A stretch of DNA of 64,000 bases from Eledone cirrhosa (lineage: Eukaryota): positions 13,206,001-13,270,000 of the forward strand of contig OZ024749.1 in assembly GCA_964016885.1 (NCBI GenBank), in the 5' to 3' direction. The notes beneath the pieces were generated by a model that was not told the origin of the DNA, searched no databases, and was given only the letters and a program-made list of their open reading frames with translations. Shown one piece after another: positions 28,258 to 42,215 of the stretch (within the stretch, counting starts at the first letter, position 1; each line of letters begins with the position of its first letter). Both the position numbers and the translations under genes were made by a program.

Positions 28258-29409
28258 TATATATATATATATATATATACACATATATATATATATATAA
28301 CAAAGGTATCGTGGTAAGGAACCAGATGGACCATAACGCACCATATATATATATATATGTGTGTGTGTGTGTATTTTGTGTGTGTGTATAGGAAAAGGTA
28401 TGACCCCGACGGCAGAGCTCAACTCTACTACACTAAGTATTGAGTAGTTTGGTGCGTTATGGTCCATCTGGTTCCTTACCAAAATTCCTTCTTTATTATA
28501 TATATATATATATATATGTGTGTGTATGTATATATATATACATATGTATATATATATATACATATGGCTGTGGTTATGTGTATATGTGTGTGTGTGTGAA
28601 TGCATCTGTATGTGAGAGTGTAAGCATGTGTATGTGAGAGTGTGTATGTGAATATGTATATAAATGTTTGCAAATTTTGACAAGTACCAGGTGTCCCATA
28701 GGCAGGGCAGCATATAAACCTTGGATACGATAAGTAAAGGTGCTTGGATTATGGGACATCTGGTGTGTGTATGTAAACACCTCACAATCTGGGGAGAAAA
28801 ACAAACTGAGAACTGAGATGAGTAATGAGAGGGTGGGAGGAGGGGGAGTAAGGGAGCGTGTGGGAGAGAGACAGAGCGTGAGAGAGAGGGGGACAGTAGA
28901 TGGACAGAGAGAGGAGAGAGGGAGAGAGACAGTAGAAGGACTGAGAGAAGGAGAGAGGAGAAATAGAGAGAGAGGGGGAACAGGCGGAGAGAGAGGAGAG
29001 AGGGAGAATGGCAGTAGAAGGACTGAGAGAAGGAGAGAGGAGAAAGGGAGAGAGAGAAGGGAGGGAGTGTGATTTAGGGAGAGAGTTGAGGGACGGAGAG
29101 GAGAGAGGAGTAAGAGAGGAGGAGAGATGGACGTAGAGAGAAAGAGAAGGAAAGAGGAAGAGAGAGAGAGAGTGTGAGTGAGAATGAGAGAGACAGCCGT
29201 GTTGAATGGTTGAAATGGTGGTGGAGGTGGTGGTGGTGGTGGTGGTGGAGGTAGAGAGTGTGGTGGTGGAGGAGGAGAGTGTGTATGTGTGTGTGGTGGG
29301 GTGGGGAGGGTGGGGTGGGGGGGTGTGGGGGAATCAGTTGAATGTAAGATTACTTCAATATGCTAGTCTGTAATAATACGAAACTTTTAGTGCAGCTCTC
29401 TCTCACTTT

Positions 29410-29492
<83 letters not shown>

Positions 29493-29618
29493 CACACATA
29501 TATATATAGAGAGAGGGGGCATATGGGCGTGCATGTGTATGTCTGTATAAATATATAGATGCATATGTAAATATAAATCTCTATATATAACTGTGTGTGT
29601 ACATATATATATATATGT

Positions 29619-29699
<81 letters not shown>

Positions 29700-29722
29700 C
29701 ACACACACATATATATATATAT

Positions 29723-29791
<69 letters not shown>

Positions 29792-30259
29792 CACACTCAG
29801 ATTTATATATATATATATATATATATGTCTCTGTGTGTTTATATATACGTGTAAGCATACGTACATATGTTGGTATGTGCATATATGCATGTGAGAGAGA
29901 AACATATATGGAGAGAGAGAAACATATATGGAGAGAGAGAAAGAGAGAGAGAACGACAGAGAGGGAGTAGAAAGAACAAACGACAAATCTTGAGGGAGGA
30001 TCAAATAAAATAATTACTAGAGGATTGGTGTGGGTACAGCTGCACCCAGCCAGTTGTGGCTGCCATAGCTGACGTGTACTATGGGGTGGGCTAAACCAAA
30101 TATACCACGGCAGCATCAATACTGCTTGACACATTGTTGGAAGTAGGACCGACGCTATCACTAACAACAACTAGGCTGTCATCCAAGGCTCATACATCAG
30201 ACAGGCGCATAGTATGTGTATATGTATGTATGTATGTTCTGGTTTTATTATTTCACAAA

Positions 30260-30452
30260 AGGGCGGTGGATTGGCAGTATCGGTGGAGGGTCAGACACCA
30301 TGCTTTCCAGCATAGTTACGTCCCTTTACGATCTGAGTTCAAATCCCGCCGAGGTTGACTTTGCCTTTCATCCTTACGGGGTCGATAAAATAAAGTACCA
30401 GCAATGCACTGGGATAATTGATGGCCTTGTGCCAAAAGTAGAAACAATTATT
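30260..30452 (+). mobile_element. tRNA-derived SINE, full-length representative; more than 15 copies or fragments in the window
   Basis: A-box-like TGGCAGTATCGGT, B-box GAGTTCAAATCCC, central GCCTTTCATCCTTACGGGGTCGATAAAATAAAGTACCAG, 3' GGCCTTGTGCCAAAAGTAGAAACAATTATT. Copies at 7868, 25720, 32250, 32635, 33885, 34146, 36978, 42950-43480, 44805-45215, 55910-56225, 59958 and 60560. Confidence 0.85.
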
Positions 30453-30644
30453 TCACAAATGTTTGCCAATAGAGAGAGAGTCGGTTGCTAACATAGACAC
30501 AAGGCTCTCTCATTGGAATTTAGACAACATCAATACGTATGCATGTATAGATATGGATGTTATTGTATGTGTGGATGTGTATGTTTTGAGTTGTATGTGT
30601 GCATGTGTATATGCTTTGCATCTGTACATGTGTATATGCAGTTA

Positions 30645-32005
30645 TTAGATGCAACATTTTTGGAATGTTTTATATATTTTTACTGTTCCATTAATGGATT
30701 GTACTTGTAATTTCCTAACTAGTTGTGTTCTTTCTGTTCCTGTGAAGCCTAACTTCTCAAGATTTGTATTGAGGCAGTTACTAACATACCCCAGTGCCCC
30801 AATAATTACAGGCATAAATCTGAAGCTGTAATCAGGGTGGAGTATCTGCAGATTTCTCATCAGTTCTGCATAAATATTCTCCTTTTCGCTAATCTTTGAT
30901 ATTATATTGGCATCTGCTGGGCAGCTAATTTCCACTACTGTGCATGCTTTCTTTTCCCTGTCCCATATCATAATATCTGGTCTGTTATGCCTGCATTTTA
31001 TTGGGATTTTTACTAGAACATTCCACCAGTACTCTTTCATATTATGTATATATGGATGTCTTCCACATTGCGGTAGCTTTTGATGTGTTTATTATCGGGC
31101 AATCTTTTCTACGGATTGCATTGTACAGTGTTTTGGCCACTACATCATGCCTCATAGGTAGATAGTACCGCGATGACATCTTTGGACAGCTGCTGATGAC
31201 ATGGGTGACATCTTCGATGTTAATTCTGCAGAGTCTGCACTTGTTATTACATCTAGGTGTTTTGCCTGCATCCCTATCTCTTTTGTGAATCAGGTATTTC
31301 GTGTTAATTTCCTTTTCTTGGATTACAAAAGCGTATCCTTTAAAGTGGGAGCCAATATAGCGGTTGTTGGTCCAAGATAGACTACTCTCCTTATCTATAT
31401 TACTCTCACTCTGGGGCTTCCTGGCAACATATCCATGCATGATTTTTTGCTGATAAGCATGCAGTTTTTCATCTATGGATTCACTGCGATACTGCTGAGC
31501 GACTTCCCTGGGTGTGGGAATATCTCTCGAGGAGTTCCTTCCCAACTCTCATGATCATATCTGTCTCATGCAGATAGACTTGCTCGATAGACCGGCTCCT
31601 ACGCTTCGAGGTTCGTAGATGTTGTCGGAGGGATATGATGCGACATTCAAATGCTGTTTGGACTGATGTTAGGCCTCTGCCTCCCTGCTTATGTGTCAAG
31701 TAAAGGTGGTCTATGTCACTGTTGATGTGGAAGTTTCCGGTGTTGTTTAGTATTTTTTGAGTTCTAACATCAACTGCTCGTCTATCGTCCAATTGAGTAT
31801 TCAAAACGTTGGTGCTAGGACAGGCACAGCAAACACATTGTGAGCCACTGTGTTGTTTTGCGCAGAGAGTTCCGATGACCAAATCTTTCTTAATCGGGTG
31901 TAGTATTCCCTGGTTTCGCGTTCCTTATTACAAATACCATTATAGGATATGTTCTCATCTATCCCTAGGTATCTGTAGCAGTCCTCTTCAGATATCGATG
32001 AATCA
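30645..32005 (-). pseudogene. 5'-truncated R4/Dong-clade non-LTR retrotransposon (RT C-terminus, CCHC knuckle, restriction-like endonuclease)
   Basis: YLGIDE..EYYTRLRKIWSSELS..NVFAVPVL; DIDHLYLTHKQGGRGL; CRLC..EDVTHVISSC..MRHDVVAK; HNRPDIMIWD..VEISCP..MPVIIGALG; contains stops and frameshifts. Confidence 0.88.
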
Positions 32006-33681
32006 GTTATGTATGTATGTATGTATGTATGTATGTATGTATGTATGTATGTATGTATGTATGTATGTATGTGTGTATGTGTATATAGTCATGTAACTCT
32101 CGAAGCAGTCTTAGGACCACCTTATTGACATACGACATGTCTAGGGTATATTCTAAAACTTGGTGCAGTCCATGACACAACAGATTTCTTCCAGAGAAAG
32201 TTAGAAAGTGAGAGAATGGAAGTGAGAAAGAGGTAGAGGAATAATCGACCCGTGTACTTCACTGGTACTTTTTCATTGACCTCGAAAGGATGAAAGGCAA
32301 AGTTGACCTCGGCGGAATTTGAACTCAGAGAGAAGAGAACTGTAACGAATAAGCAAAGCATTCTATCCGATGTTATAACGACTCTATAACTTAAGATATC
32401 AAAGTCTTCTACAAATTTTTAACATAATTTCATTGAATATCTAATCATTTTCTGCGATCGATAAATGAATTTCGAATCATTTTTTTATGTATTGTGGAAA
32501 TATTTAAAATGGTGGAGAGGGTCGCATGATGTTATGACTTCTCACATGATTTGGCATGGTTGAGTGGGGTCTGTGTAGTAAAAATGCGGGCTTAGTAATC
32601 TTCTTAGTTCGTCAGCTTACCGCCGCGGTCAATATTGCCTTTCATCCTTCAGGGGTCGATAAAATAGAGTACCAGTAACAGACTGGGGTCGATATAAACG
32701 ACCTCACCCCACAAACTGTGTGTTGTGCCTAAATTATAGGTCAGAGTCGCTATCTTTCTACCAAACAAGCCCTGGATGCCCTGAAAAGAGAGTTCAATAC
32801 ATTCCTCTCCTCCCCCTCCACACCCGCCTCCTCCTCATCCACCCCCTCATTCTCGCCCACCTCCTCCCCTCCTCATTCTCACCCACCTCCACCTCTCCTC
32901 TTCACCCTCTTCCTTATCCTCCTCCACACCCTCAGCCTCCTCTCACTAAACAACAGCAAAAAGAGCAACAAAGCTCGAAAAAACACAAAGACGACGACAA
33001 CAACAACAACAACAGCAACAACAACAACAAAAACAGCAACAACAAAAACAGCAACAGAAACAACAACAGCAACAACAAGAACAACAACAACAACAAAAAA
33101 AGCAACAACAACAACGGCAACAGAAACAACAACAGCAACAACAACAGCAACAACAAAAAACAACAAAAACAGCAACAACAACAACGGCAACAGAAACAAC
33201 AACAACAACAACCACAACAGCAACAACTACAACAATATAACTTGACATACGACTAAATCTATTGACATTACCAATTAGTTAACACATTATTTCACACCAA
33301 CGTTAAATCGATTCATCGATTAGTTAATACCAAATACCAAAAAAAAAAAAGAGATAAAAAAAGAAAGAAGAAAGAATGATGGAGCGATTGTAGTCGTTAA
33401 AATGACAACGTTATGTTATATAAGTAATTAGTAAACCACTTCTGCTGTACTAATGTGTACTAATACGTACTATTGATAATGGTACTGCTACTACTGCTGC
33501 TGCTACTGCTACTACTACTATTACTATTACTACTACTAACTTTCCGCCAAGTCCTCATTTCATATATGCTTATACATACACACACATATATATATACATA
33601 TATACATACATATATCTATATATCTCTATATATATATATATATGTATAGATATATAGATATATGTGTGTGTGTCTATATAT

Positions 33682-33737
<56 letters not shown>

Positions 33738-33753
33738 ACATACATACACACAC

Positions 33754-33827
<74 letters not shown>

Positions 33828-34243
33828 ACATTTCGCTCTACATGGCTGAATACGATAAATATAATCTGAGTTTTTCGAATATTAATAATTGTTTCTACTT
33901 TTGGCACAAGGCCAACAATTACCCAGTACATTACTGGTACTTTATTTTATCGACCCCGCGTAAGGATGAAAGGTAAAGTTAACCTCGGCGGGATTTGAAC
34001 TCAGACCATAAAGGGTCGTAACTATGCTGGAAAGCATGGTATCCGACCCTCTACCGATACTGCCAATTTACTTAATAATATAACATTCGATTCGTTTGCA
34101 ATTTTGCAAAATTGCAAACGAATCGAATGTTATATTATTAAGTAAATTGGCAGTATCGGTAGAGGGTCGGATACCATGCTTTCCAGCATAGTTACGACCC
34201 TTTATGGTCTGAGTTCAAATCCCGCCGAGGTTAACTTTACCTT

Positions 34244-34269
<26 letters not shown>

Positions 34270-34274
<5 letters not shown>

Positions 34275-35029
34275 ATAAACGTGCTGCGGAGTTGCAAATG
34301 GGTTACATATGAATAAAGTGGTCCTTCATCAGTGATCTTCCAACCATCATCGGTATTTCTTCGCTTTAAAGACCATATACCTCCGGTTGGTGCGAGCAAC
34401 GGCTAAAGAAAGTCGTTGGGACACGTAAATAAAGGGAACAGCGAAAGTGTAAACAAACAAAGATGGTGAAGCAACGAAAAATGAGGAAGAGCGAGTCAAG
34501 TCCAAACATTTCCATGAATATAAGTTCGGTGAAATCGTGAACGAGAGAGAATAAAGACCGTCAAATCTGGTTGAAATGTGAGCAAGGAAGGAATTTCGCA
34601 CAGGTCTAACGGGAGGAAGAAGGGGTCTAGTCTGTGAATTCGGTAAACATAAGTTCTGTGAAATCGTAGACGAGAGAGAGAAAAAAATGCCGACCGGCCT
34701 GGCCAAGCGTGCGAAAGAAAAGAATTACTTACAGGTCAAACGGGAAGAAGGAGGAGGAGGAGAGGTAGTAACAGAGAGTGAGTGAGTGAAGGGTGAGGAA
34801 GAGGCTAACAGAGAGAGTGACTGTTAGAGAGGGTAAAGATACAGAGAAAGAGGAAGCAGTAAGAACGAAATAGACGGGTCACAGCGGGAGAAAAAAATAT
34901 GTGTAAAAATGAGAATAAACGTGCTGCGAAGTTGCAAATGGGTTACATATGAATAAAGTGGTCCTTCATCAGTGATCTTCCAAGAAATACCGATGATGGT
35001 TGGAAGATCACTGATGAAGGACCACTTTA

Positions 35030-35035
<6 letters not shown>
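34270..35035. mobile_element. Partial tandem plus fold-back insertion in (TA)n; no complete hammerhead found
   Basis: 34270-34343 is repeated at 34911-34984; inverted arms 34947-34984 and 35000-35036. Confidence 0.7.
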
Positions 35036-35085
<50 letters not shown>

Positions 35086-35090
<5 letters not shown>

Positions 35091-35555
35091 CAAGAGATAA
35101 GAGTAACATGATTGTCTGTACAATAAAGGCTTTATTCACAGTGCTGACAATTGTTTCTTTGATCTGGTAGGTCTAGAGTTCGCTAATCGCTAGATGTTGC
35201 GTCAATCTAACTCCAATACTTTGTTTGATGAATTAACTGGTTATAAACAAAGTATTGGAGTTCGATTGACGCAACATCTAGCGATTAGCGAACTCTAGAC
35301 CTACCAGATCAAAGAAACAATTGTCAGCACTGTGAATAAAGCCTTTATTGTACAGACAACCATGTTACTCTTATCTCTCGAATTATTATTACTCCAAGTA
35401 TAACCTACATAGAAATCACCGTCAACTCACTGCATCACTATGGAAGCGTCTTGTTGAGTCAAACTAAGCCATACGTTAATACCATCCACAACACGCAGCA
35501 CTCTAACTGGACTATCTCTAAGTGGATTGCCTATAACATTAACTTGTTATCCCGT
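35086..35555. mobile_element. Fold-back insertion in (TA)n with the 3' half of a hammerhead
   Basis: Arms ~35086-35227 and 35245-35386; GAAA-CAATTG-TC with palindromic helix III; tail begins ACTCCA. Confidence 0.75.
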
Positions 35556-35770
35556 ATATATATATATATATATATATATAGGAACCAGTAAGACCCCGAC
35601 AGCTGAGCTCAAGCCGTTTCGACGGCTAATTCTGGACTAGAATTAGCCGTCGAAACGGCTTGAGCTCAGCTGTCGGGGTCTTACTGGTTCCTATTACCCA
35701 CTTTACTACCCTAAGTATTGAGTACTTTGGTGTGTTATGGTCCACCTGGTTCCTTACCACATTTCCTTCG

Positions 35771-35827
<57 letters not shown>

Positions 35828-35954
35828 TAGACATGCATATATATCAATAAATATATATACATATGTGTAGTATATAATTTCTCCTTATGTCTCCCTCAAG
35901 ATTTCTCAATGAATGAATGATACCTTCCCCCGCATATACATACCCTTTATGTTC

Positions 35955-36548
35955 CCCATCACCTCCACCGTCACCACCACCGTCCCCACCACTACCACCG
36001 TCGCCGCCACCATCACCATCACCGTCACCACCACCGTCCCCACCACCACCACCATCACCATCACCGTCCCCACCACCACCATCACCATCACCGTCACCAC
36101 CACCGTCACCACCACCGTCCCCACCACACCACCATCACCATGACCACGACCGTCGCCGCCACCATCACCGTCACCACCACCGTCCCCACCACCACCACCA
36201 CCCATCACCGTCACCACCACCGTCGCCGCCACCATCACCGTCACCACCACCGTCGCCACCACCACCACCATCACCACAATCACCACCACCACCACCGTCC
36301 TCACCACCACCGTCACCACCATCACCATCACCACCACCGCCACCGCCACCACCGCCACCACACCACCACCACCGCCACCGCCACCACCACTACCACCACC
36401 ACCGCCACCACCACCACCGCCACCACCATCACCGCCACCACCACCACCGCCACCACCGCCACCACCGCCACCACGCCACCACCGCCACCACCACCACCGC
36501 CACCACCACCACCACCGCCACCACACCACCACCGCCACCGCCACCACC
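35955..36548. repeat. (CAC/CGT/CGC)n array
   Basis: Direct inspection. Confidence 0.95.
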
Positions 36549-38085
36549 CCTCCCCCCCATGTCCACCTACATACGTCTAATTAAGACAGACTATAAACTT
36601 GTTGTAAACAATAACTGCAAAGGAAACTAGATCGTATCTTAACGTTAACATCACGCTGTGCATTGTTTATAGTACGGCGGGTAAACACCCCACCCCGCCC
36701 ACACCCCACACACAAACCCTATTTGGTACCAGCCCCCACCCCCTCTCTATCCTCTCACATTCACGCACTTACGCTCTTAAGAGCATTCCTTATACGTGAG
36801 GGGGGTCGGGAAAAGGGTATTACGCCCCACCACCACCTTCGCCATCCATCTGCTTTCGGGTCTTAACAGGAAAGACATTTCTGTGGCCCCTTAAGCTTGA
36901 AATAACCCCCTAGAAATAATGGCACCCTTCTGCCAGGTTCCGACTTATTCATTCCATACACTACATTACACATATTATTGGATTGGCAGTATCGGTAGAG
37001 GGTCGGACGCCTTGCTTTCCAGCATAGTTACGTCCCTTTACGATCTGAGTTCAAATCCCGCCGAGGTTGACTTTGCCTTTCATCCTTACGGGGTCGATAA
37101 AATAAAGTACCAGTAGTGCACTGGGTAATTACTGGCCTTGTGCCTAAAGTAGAAACAATTATATTGTTGACTAATTTTTATTTATTTAAATTCTCGATTT
37201 GTCTCCCTTGCTTTTCTTACTTTGGTTTTCACACAGAAGTTGTCCCTGACGAAATCTCCTGATACATATATACATACATACAAACATACATGATGGCTGC
37301 TCCCTCGTTATCGAGTATGGCCATTGCACGATATACCATTATTAATAATTATTAATTAATTCTATCGTGCAATGCCTGTGCGTGAAGATATTTTTCAAAG
37401 TGAGGAAAGACTGTGCACTGAGCCAATCCCACTCTCTGAGCGACTGTAGCTATAACCCCCGAAAAGAAGAAAAGATCAAATCATCGGTAACTACTGAGCC
37501 GCAAGTTTTATATCGGAGTTATCCCAGTTTCCTGAGTTGCCTTCTCCTAGAAGAATGCCCTGACAAAGGCTAAGGGTCCTTCACTCCCAGTGGTTTAACC
37601 GCGCGGTACATGTGTATATACATATTTAGACACTTTCGGATGGCCGTTGACTCCTATGAGAGAGAGGGGGTGCAGAACGATGAGAGAAATAGACAGAAAG
37701 ATAATTAGATGTGTATGTCTGTATGTATGTACGTGTTTATATACATATATATGTGTGTGTGTATGTGTGTGTGTGTGTGTTAAGTATTTCCGTAGAAAAA
37801 GTAAAGAAAAGAAGAGTACTCTATGTATAATACAGAGCTTTTTAATTACATAATAAACAACACAATATAATTATTCCAGTGCCAAAGGTTTCAGGAAACA
37901 AGACGATCCTTACAGAAACATCGGGCTCGTTCATCAGATGAAATAATTATGTTTTGTATATAAGTTTTGAAATGAATATCTATCAAAAATGAAAGTGAGG
38001 CTTAGTTAAGATAACATCTTATAACGGAAAAAATATACATACAGACACACTTAAATATACATACATGCACACAAACATACATCCT

Positions 38086-38171
<86 letters not shown>

Positions 38172-38413
38172 GATGATCTTACGGAACTTAGTCACTGAAC
38201 ATAGTGTTTGCTATAATACATCTTTGAAGGAATTTCACCAGTCCGCCCTCATTCATTTTACACTATAATAATTAACTCCGTTCTCGCACCACAAACAAGA
38301 ATCAAAATCGAAGATGAATGATTTGCATAATGTCGAGTGCTTTTCTATTATTACATGAAGGTTGACTATACGGAATGACCAGTTCTGTCCAATTGTAAAC
38401 CAACAAAACTAAA

Positions 38414-38465
<52 letters not shown>

Positions 38466-39153
38466 AGGTTACCACTTGGTGCTACTGGTAACATGTATCC
38501 CAGTACAACCTGTCTCATGGTCGGGTCGTTGGCGACTAAACTGGCAACCCCACCAAGGTTTCTTGGTGACGAGGGTGACTTTGGACATCCTGCAGGACTA
38601 AAAACAAAACCTGTCAAATGGCAAATGAGCTCTTAAGAGTCAATGGCCATCCAAAATCACTGGGAGAGATGAACCCTTAGCCTTTGTCAAGGCAGAATTC
38701 TAGGAGAAGGAAAACTCTGATATAACACCTGCAACCCTGATGGTATCCAATGATGTTGACTTGTTCTTCTTTTTGGTAAATATCATCTTGGTTAAGAGAG
38801 TGGGACTGGCTTTGTGCAGTGCCTTTGCTCACTATAAAAGCTTCACGGCACAGGCATTGCTTTATATCTGGAGATCTCTCTGCACTTGTCGTCACATGGT
38901 ACCAGCACTATGTGTCAATAATTGTCACAAGTGTAGTGTTTGTACCAGAGTTTTCAAGTCGCTGGCTGGACTAAAAAGTCACACTCGTTCAGCGCATCGG
39001 TAGGGGTTCTCCTACATGGATATAAAGTAGTGGCCGTACTCGAAAACGAGTTGGCAGCCACCATATATATATATATATATAAAGAAAAAGAGATGAAATC
39101 GAAAATCCAACTGGAGTCTTATTTTTTTTTTAAATATATATATTTATTTGGTT

Positions 39154-39190
39154 CCTTTGCCGGTTTCGCAGTTCTCTGCTTTTCAAAAGG
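39154..39190 (-). ncRNA. U3-A8 hammerhead copy with a mutated cleavage triplet (GCA)
   Basis: CCTT-TTGAAAA-GCAG agaa CTGC-GAAA-CCGG-CA/AAGG; homologous to the 26848-27185 element. Confidence 0.5.
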
Positions 39191-39462
39191 TGAGTTGAGA
39201 TGGAGGGTCTGTGGTTTTTCTCACATGTGAGAAAAATGTGAGAAATATATATATATTTGTTAACCTGTTTAGCTTCTTCGTTTTTTCGGCTACGGTGGTT
39301 GTTGACTTCACAACCACTATTTTCATTTTGTCTGGCCTTTATAACGTATGTTAATTGGTCTGGTTTCTTCTTAGTCTATTGAGCGCTTGCCGGCATATCT
39401 CGAAGATTAAACTTCGTTTCGTTTTGGCCACCGCCGAAATACGATCTCGCTGAAATTATATT

Positions 39463-39497
<35 letters not shown>

Positions 39498-40269
39498 TTG
39501 TATATATATATATATATTTATATATACACAAACACACATACGCATATATTAACACATACATAAAAATACACACACAGACACACACATATAGATGCACGTG
39601 CACATATATATTTATATATAAGCCAGCGTAAAGATATATAAAAAAATAGAATGTGGACATATACATATATACAACACAATATACATATGGATATGTACAT
39701 ATGCACGAATACACATACACATATGTACACAGCCACACATACACACATACACACACATATATATATATAAATACACCCATACACACATACACACACACAC
39801 ATACACGCACGTATATATATACATATGTGTGTGTTACACATACATACACATACTCACGTAAGTTCATAGAAAACATAAATATATTAGCACTCAAAAATAT
39901 TCATACATGTCTATGAATATGTTAAGTATATTTGCAGTGCTATAATTAGGGATGAAGTAAGATTGGATAAAAATCCTATGTTAATCTTATAAGTATGTGA
40001 AATTATATGTGTCAAATATATCATTAGAATGAAGGGGTGTTTGATGTGTCTTATAGAGTACACTTAGTGAAAGAAAGAAGTGAAAATAATCAATATGTGA
40101 GTGTTATAGGTATAAAAATAGCATGTAATCATAGTCAATATGTGAGTGTTGTTTGTGTTATGGGTATAACTAAATTATGTGACCATATTAAATATAAGTT
40201 CAGGCTAGTTAGTGTTAATGCTATTTCATAATTGAAATATATGTTCAGGGTGGTTGTGTTTCCAAATTG

Positions 40270-42200
40270 ATGCTATGTTTACTCTAACAGGAACGCAGAT
40301 GTTATCTTATATGCGAGCAACCTCTGGAAATATCAGTTTTAGAGTTAAGACAAGTATTTGGAAATTTCAGGTTTTGGTAGAATTCTATATTTCTCACTTA
40401 TGCATAAAGTACATTTTCTTATACCTTTTGCATATTCTTTTGATAGGTCTAAAATGGACCAATTAATTATATATGGAATTCCACGTTCTTTTATCTCTCC
40501 CAGCACTATGTTTGCCAGCGCCGTGGTTTTCTTTTTTTCAGGATGTCTGACGGAAGTGACATATGCGTAATATCGTTGTTTAAATGTATCCTGAGTCATA
40601 TCCATATATCGCTCACCGGTAGCTGGTTGGTTGGTGTTTACTGGTGTCACTTTAGGCCTCATATACAATAGATTTTATCTTGCATTTGCCCTGTAGAGAA
40701 CATTCTCCTGCATTTCTGCATGAACATCCTGGATATTCCCTGGGTATTTTCCCATTGGTAATTTTGGATTTCATTGAAGGACTGCAAGAATAGCTAATCT
40801 TGACTAAATTTCTGTTAAATATTTTATTATAACTACTAGCAGAAAAACCTCCCTTTGGGTGGTTTTCTGCTAGCATGTGTAGTGTGCATATTGATATTAG
40901 CCTCGTCATCACCCGAGGTAACACTGCGAGTGTGCTGGCTTGCCTCAAAAATCATTAGAGAGGTTTCCCAGTACCCCTCGCTGATGCCTTTTGTTCTGGT
41001 GGTGGCTCCGTTGTTCATCCCTTTCTTTTATTTTCTTTAATATTGCAACATTAAAGGAATATATCCTTCTGAAAGAATCGCGAGTAATTTATAATGTTAT
41101 CTAAGCATTTGTAATATTATGTATGTATATATTTAAAACATATTTGTCATGTTATTTTACTGTAAATTTATTTATCTGCTTTGTATATATCATATGTGTT
41201 CATATTTTCACTCCCATTTGTAACGTTATTTAATAAAATAAAAATATATATGCATGTAGATATGATACATCAAATAAAATCGTAATTGAAAATATACACA
41301 GAAATTGAATGAAGACTGCGTTACACTGTCTTATATAATCAGTAAAGTAATGCATGATACATTAAAAAAAGACGATATTATATATAAACTGCATTAGGAG
41401 AAAATTAGTGACGGAAATATATGAATGTTTATTTAAGAGATTGCTAACCGGAAGTGTTGATATTTTAACATTTTAAAGAAGTTAATCTTTAAATAAACAA
41501 TGAAATATATTTAATCAACAGCTACGAAATTTAGTAGATAAATTATGTAATATTCATTCATTATTTATTCAAAGTAATTCAACTTATTTTACTAATGGGA
41601 TATAAAAAAAATATGAAACGGTCACAAATCCCGCACTCCTTACTTTATTATAGTTTAGATGTTGTTGGGGAAATGTTTATCTAAGAGATCAAGGAACTTT
41701 CTGCCTACATTAGTTTTTACTGCTAATGAAAAGGATGGAGTAAACCAAAGTATTTTCTTTTTCTCTTTTTATGTTTAATAGTATTAGTAGGATTAGGTAT
41801 ATATATAATTAATTCGTTAAAACCACTATTTCTAAGGACCTTATTATAATAAGGGGGCTGCTTTATTGAACGTTTCTTCAGAGGAAGTGAGGTTTGATAA
41901 TTAATATTCGGGATAATGTTTTTAAATACTAGGGGGGAGGGGGGAGCATGACCGTTTATCTATATATCTTAAGTTTTCAATAGGTTTATGATATGGCTTA
42001 AAAGAAGCAGTAAGTAAATCAAGATTAATATCAAGGAAGTTAGCATTAGTTAGCTTTGTCTCTATTGTGTTTTGCCAGATAAACTGACTCAGACCTTTTG
42101 GAAATATTCATAATCAGAAAAGATTCTTCTTCTTACATCGCTTCAATTCTGAATATCCTCTCATCGTTTAGTAGAGAATATTAAAGAAGAAAAAAATAGT
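40270..42200 (-). pseudogene. Degraded PLE (RT thumb plus Cys-rich linker plus GIY-YIG; possibly Hydra clade), split by a Helitron-like insertion
   Basis: FLDINLDL..FKPYHKP; LSNLTSSEETFNKAAPYY; [29 protein letters not shown] [insertion] NKIFNRNLVKISYSC; CSCRNAGECSLQGKC..SIVYEA; FKQRYY; CTLCISEK. Confidence 0.85.
40836..41659 (-). mobile_element. Non-autonomous Helitron-like element
   Basis: Minus strand A|TCTAAACTATAATAAAG ... AGAAAACCACCC aaa GGGAGGTTTTTCT GCTAG|T; no target-site duplication; interrupts the PLE ORF. Confidence 0.75.
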
Positions 42201-42215
42201 TTGTAAACTGAAAGA

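Noticed and set aside
37868-37941. Minus-strand hammerhead related to the 3.2 and 22.3 kb family
   Set aside because: The cleavage triplet (GCA) and stem II are degenerate; treated as a fossil, not called.
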